Shown: positions 29,475-32,000 of the stretch, piece by piece
How the letters are laid out: the number at the start of each line of letters is the position of its first letter
Numbering within the stretch: position 1 is the first letter of the stretch
Origin: Candidatus Pacearchaeota archaeon
GTDB lineage: Archaea > Nanobdellota > Nanobdellia > Pacearchaeales > UBA284
Direction of reading: 5' to 3'
NCBI GenBank assembly: GCA_026016245.1
Contig: CP061211.1
Coordinates: 660,001 to 692,000, forward strand
DNA length: 32,000 nucleotides
Notes under the pieces: generated by a model
What the model was told of the DNA's origin: nothing
The model's input: the letters and a program-made list of their open reading frames with translations, nothing else
Database searches by the model: none
Position numbers and translations under genes: made by a program

Positions 29475-29674
29475 CTTTTCTTTTTTAATTTTTTTTGAAA
29501 ATCTTTTACTTTAGTTTTCTCTATTTCAGGAAAAATTCCTCTAGCTCTACAATCAAGACAATAATCTCTAAAAGTCAATTTTAAATCCATTCCTGCAGGA
29601 GGCATCTTCACTTTTGTTGAGCCACATTTAGGACATATTTTAATAAATTGCTTCTTGCTTTTTTTCTTTACCAT
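29471..29674 (-). CDS. Zinc-ribbon protein (67 aa)
   Basis: CPKCGS...x19...CLDC, with a Lys-rich N- and C-terminus. It overlaps NifS by 7 nt and the next gene by 4 nt. Confidence 0.55.
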   Translation of the reverse strand: MVKKKSKKQFIKICPKCGSTKVKMPPAGMDLKLTFRDYCLDCRARGIFPEIEKTKVKDFQKKLKKKR

Positions 29675-30822
29675 GGGCTTATTTTTCTTAATGAATTTAT
29701 AATTTTTTTAAGTTGTTCTAAAACATAATCAATATCTTGTTCTGTGTTATCTTTTCCTAAAGTAATTCTAAGAGAGCCGTGAGATTGTTCTGCTGTTAGA
29801 CCTATTGCTGTTAATACATGACTTGGTTTAAGACTTTTTGTTGAACATGCTGAGCCAGTTGATACTGCCATTCCTTTATCATTTAATCTTATCAATAGGG
29901 CTTCTCCTTCTATTCCCTTTATACTCACATTAATATTATTTGGGAGTCTTTGTGTTCCATGGCCATTTAATTTTGCTCCTTCTATTTTTAGGATTTCTTT
30001 AATTATTCTATCTCTTAATCTTATTTCTCGTTCTGCTTCTTTTTTCATATTCTTGTCTGCTAGCTCTATAGCTTTTGCAAAACCAACTATTCCAGAAGTA
30101 TTTTCTGTTCCACTTCTTAAACCAGATTCATGACCACCTCCATGTGTTATTGGTTCTATTTTGACATCCTGCTTGATGTACAGAAGACCAATACCTTTTG
30201 GTCCATATAATTTATGAGATGATGCACTTAGAAGATCAATATTCATTTTTTTTATGTCTATTGGAATTTTTCCGAATGCTTGAACAGCATCTGTATGAAA
30301 ATAAATTTTATGTTTTTTGCAAATTTTTCCTATCTCTTCTATAGGTTCAATTGTTCCTATCTCATTATTTGCGAACATGATTGAAACAAGAATAGTGTCT
30401 TTTGTTATTGCTTTTTCTAATTGTTCTGTATTTATTAGGCCTGTTTTATCTACATCTAAGTATGTTACTTTGAAACAATGTTTTTCTAACCATTCGCATG
30501 GCTTGAGTATTGCTGGATGCTCTATTTTACTTGTTATAATATGATTCCCTCTGTTTTTGTTAGCAAAAGCAATTCCTTTTAGTGCCAAATTATCTGATTC
30601 TGTTCCGCCGCTTGTGAAAATTATCTCTACTGGCTTGGCATTTAGAAATTTAGCTGCTGTTTTTCTTGAATTCTCTACAGCTTGTCTTGCTTCCTGACCA
30701 AATGAGTGTAAGGAAGAAGCATTTCCAAATTTTTCTGAGAAATATGGTTGCATTGCTTTTAGAACTTCGCTATCTACAGGGGTTGTTGCAGCATGATCTA
30801 AATATATTTTTATTTTTGACAT
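29668..30822 (-). CDS. iscS: Cysteine desulfurase (NifS/IscS class V aminotransferase)
   Basis: IYLDHAATTP, the PLP-lysine context SASSHKLYGPKGIG, and the catalytic Cys loop STGSACS. Confidence 0.9.
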   Translation of the reverse strand: MSKIKIYLDHAATTPVDSEVLKAMQPYFSEKFGNASSLHSFGQEARQAVENSRKTAAKFLNAKPVEIIFTSGGTESDNLALKGIAFANKNRGNHIITSKIEHPAILKPCEWLEKHCFKVTYLDVDKTGLINTEQLEKAITKDTILVSIMFANNEIGTIEPIEEIGKICKKHKIYFHTDAVQAFGKIPIDIKKMNIDLLSASSHKLYGPKGIGLLYIKQDVKIEPITHGGGHESGLRSGTENTSGIVGFAKAIELADKNMKKEAEREIRLRDRIIKEILKIEGAKLNGHGTQRLPNNINVSIKGIEGEALLIRLNDKGMAVSTGSACSTKSLKPSHVLTAIGLTAEQSHGSLRITLGKDNTEQDIDYVLEQLKKIINSLRKISPW

Positions 30823-31142
30823 TTTTTACACACTATGCAGATATATCTTGTTTTTTTCATCTTATTTATTATCTTTAAAATTTCAGTGTTAGCATCTTTT
30901 CCTTTAGATATCTCTTTTGCAGATTTTTCTATTTCTTTTTCTATATCTTTTGGAAATTTGAGATGTTTGCCTCTTTTTTTGTGTTTATATTGGCTTACTG
31001 CTGCCTTTGTAATATTAAATCTTTTAGCTATTTCTGAATCTTTCATGCCTTGCTTTTCTAGAATTTCTATAAAATGAATTCTTATCGCTGGAATAATGTA
31101 ATTCAATTCAATTTTCTGTGTTAAACAATTAAATAATTTCAT
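30810..31142 (-). CDS. HTH transcriptional regulator (COG2522-like) with a C-terminal CxxCxxC
   Basis: HTH MKDSEIAKRFNITKAAVSQYKHKKRG and the C-terminal YICIVCKKCQK. It is the first gene of the array and overlaps the NifS start by 13 nt. Confidence 0.55.
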   Translation of the reverse strand: MKLFNCLTQKIELNYIIPAIRIHFIEILEKQGMKDSEIAKRFNITKAAVSQYKHKKRGKHLKFPKDIEKEIEKSAKEISKGKDANTEILKIINKMKKTRYICIVCKKCQK

Positions 31143-31148
31143 AAAAAT

Positions 31149-31165
31149 AGTTAACGTTGATAACT
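31149..31165. promoter_or_regulatory. Inverted repeat AGTTA-ACGTTGA-TAACT, candidate operator of the thiol/Fe-S array
   Basis: It sits exactly between the minus-strand TATA (31166-31176) and ATG-31142, and contains the nested palindromes GTTAAC and AACGTT. Confidence 0.35.
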
Positions 31166-31176
31166 ATTTAAATATT
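31166..31176 (-). promoter_or_regulatory. TATA box (ATTTAAATATT) for the minus-strand array
   Basis: It is centred ~29 nt from ATG-31142. An identical 11-mer is repeated at 31189-31199. Confidence 0.45.
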
Positions 31177-31188
31177 GTGGATGGTAAG

Positions 31189-31199
31189 ATTTAAATATT
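31189..31199 (+). promoter_or_regulatory. TATA box (ATTTAAATATT) for lemA-htpX
   Basis: It is centred ~25 nt upstream of ATG-31219. Confidence 0.45.
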
Positions 31200-31218
31200 C
31201 ATTCTCTTATTTTGTTGT

Positions 31219-31782
31219 ATGATATGGTGGCTAATAGTTTTAATTATAGTAATTGTATTGATTTTGCTTATTGTTTTTGGCTACTACAACAGATTTACAG
31301 TTTTGCAAAATCGCATTAACAATTCTTTTGCACAGATAGATGTTCAACTCAGGAAGAGATCGGATTTAGTACCTAATTTGGTTCAGGCAGTGAAAGGCTA
31401 TATGAAACATGAGCAAAAGATAATGAAAGAGGTTACTGAAGCAAGAAAAGCTCTGCTTAAAGTTATACCTTCTAAAGATGTGGCAAGTAAAATGAAAGCA
31501 GGAGACGCATTGCAAGGAGCTTTGAAGAGTTTATTTGCTATCGCTGAAAATTATCCTAACTTGAAAGCTAGCGAGAATTTCTTACATTTACAAAGAGAGC
31601 TTAGTGCCATAGAGGATAAGGTTGCTTATGCTAGACAATTTTACAATGATTCTATTTTAGGTTACAATAATCTATGCAAAACTATTCCAGGAAGATGGTT
31701 TGCAGCTATGTTTAGCAAAAAAGCAGGCAAGTACTTGGAAATACCAGCAGCTTCAAGAGCAGTTCCAAAGATAAGTTTCTGA
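31219..31782 (+). CDS. lemA: LemA family protein
   Basis: N-terminal TM helix, then YNRFTVLQNRINNSFAQIDVQLRKRSDLVPNLVQAVKGYMKHE...ENYPNLKASENF..LQ.EL...E.K+..AR..YN. Confidence 0.85.
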   Translation: MIWWLIVLIIVIVLILLIVFGYYNRFTVLQNRINNSFAQIDVQLRKRSDLVPNLVQAVKGYMKHEQKIMKEVTEARKALLKVIPSKDVASKMKAGDALQGALKSLFAIAENYPNLKASENFLHLQRELSAIEDKVAYARQFYNDSILGYNNLCKTIPGRWFAAMFSKKAGKYLEIPAASRAVPKISF

Positions 31783-31786
31783 TTAA

Positions 31787-32000
31787 ATGAAGAAAATAAG
31801 TTTTCATGACCAAATAGCTAGAAATAAGAGGAATTCATTTTTCTTGGTTATTATTGTTTTTATTGTCATGATTGTTCTTGGTTATGTTATTAGTATGGCA
31901 TTTTCTCCAGATTATTTCTTTTTTATTATGATTCTTGCCATCATAATCTCCTTAGTTTATGTTCTTATTACATATTATAATTCTGATAAAATTGCTCTTG
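31787..32000 (+). CDS. htpX: HtpX-like M48 membrane metalloprotease, N-terminal part only (runs off the window)
   Basis: The ATG lies 4 nt after the lemA stop. MKKISFHDQIARNKRNSFFLVIIVFIVMIVLGYVIS...YYNSDKIAL has the typical two-TM N-terminus and the Y..SDKI.L segment, and LemA-HtpX pairing is common. The HExxH motif lies beyond the window. Confidence 0.55.
   Translation, partial: MKKISFHDQIARNKRNSFFLVIIVFIVMIVLGYVISMAFSPDYFFFIMILAIIISLVYVLITYYNSDKIAL

Noticed and set aside
16724-31077. Remaining overlapping tracked ORFs: 16724..17038(-), 21032..21247(-), 21036..21218(-), 21769..21999(+), 22198..22413(-), 22556..22756(-), 25602..25814(+), 25657..25914(+), 25808..26035(+), 26410..26748(+), 27127..27330(+), 27391..27786(+), 28253..28468(+), 28802..28993(+), 29296..29514(+), 30317..30544(+), 30666..30878(+), 30835..31077(+)
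   Set aside because: Each lies antisense to, or out of frame within, a gene that has clear family motifs. None has an independent TATA or SD context or a recognisable domain.
1-32000. CRISPR arrays, rRNA genes, IS elements, integrases, long direct or inverted repeats
   Set aside because: Scanning by eye found no regularly spaced repeats, no transposase- or integrase-like ORFs and no rRNA-like segments. The only repeated elements seen are short promoter boxes and protein-level domain repeats.

Overview
AT-rich, very gene-dense archaeal fragment. Archaeal markers are archaeal-type PheRS alpha/beta, GatE, proteasome beta, the KH/beta-CASP factor aCPSF1 (FttA), two intron-bearing tRNAs and a tRNA-Tyr with C1:G72. 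Many small Lys-rich proteins and overlapping genes suggest a reduced, DPANN-like genome, but that lineage call is inference only. I support about 50 CDS and six tRNAs (Thr-GGU, Gln-CUG, Glu-CUC, Tyr-GUA with a 52-nt intron, Lys-UUU with a 32-nt intron, Asp-GUC), none with an encoded CCA. There is also a consistent set of TATA boxes about 25-29 nt from starts, implying mostly leaderless transcripts. Main second-look items follow. (1) A 7.7-kb minus-strand array (31142->23407) of 15 genes with essentially no spacers. It joins NifS/IscU Fe-S assembly, a 4-Cys PP-loop tRNA-thiolase-like enzyme, several uncharacterised small Cys proteins, and a glutaredoxin / membrane thioredoxin / CcdA / TrxR-like reductant-export chain. 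The TrxR-like protein has lost the NADPH HRR motif. (2) tRNA genes run directly into protein-coding genes; for tRNA-Lys the discriminator base is the A of the downstream ATG. (3) Divergent transcription units share a single central symmetric TATA element. (4) A GatE lacks its family-specific insertion domain. (5) A GH23 lytic transglycosylase sits in an archaeon, next to a signal peptidase and a presenilin/SPP homolog. (6) An accessory-looking block between tRNA-Lys and tRNA-Asp holds a split lycopene-cyclase-domain pair and an SDH/ClpP-fold protease with a leaderless overlapping upstream ORF. No CRISPR array, rRNA, transposase or integrase was seen. All protein-family calls rest on motif recognition by eye, not database searches.
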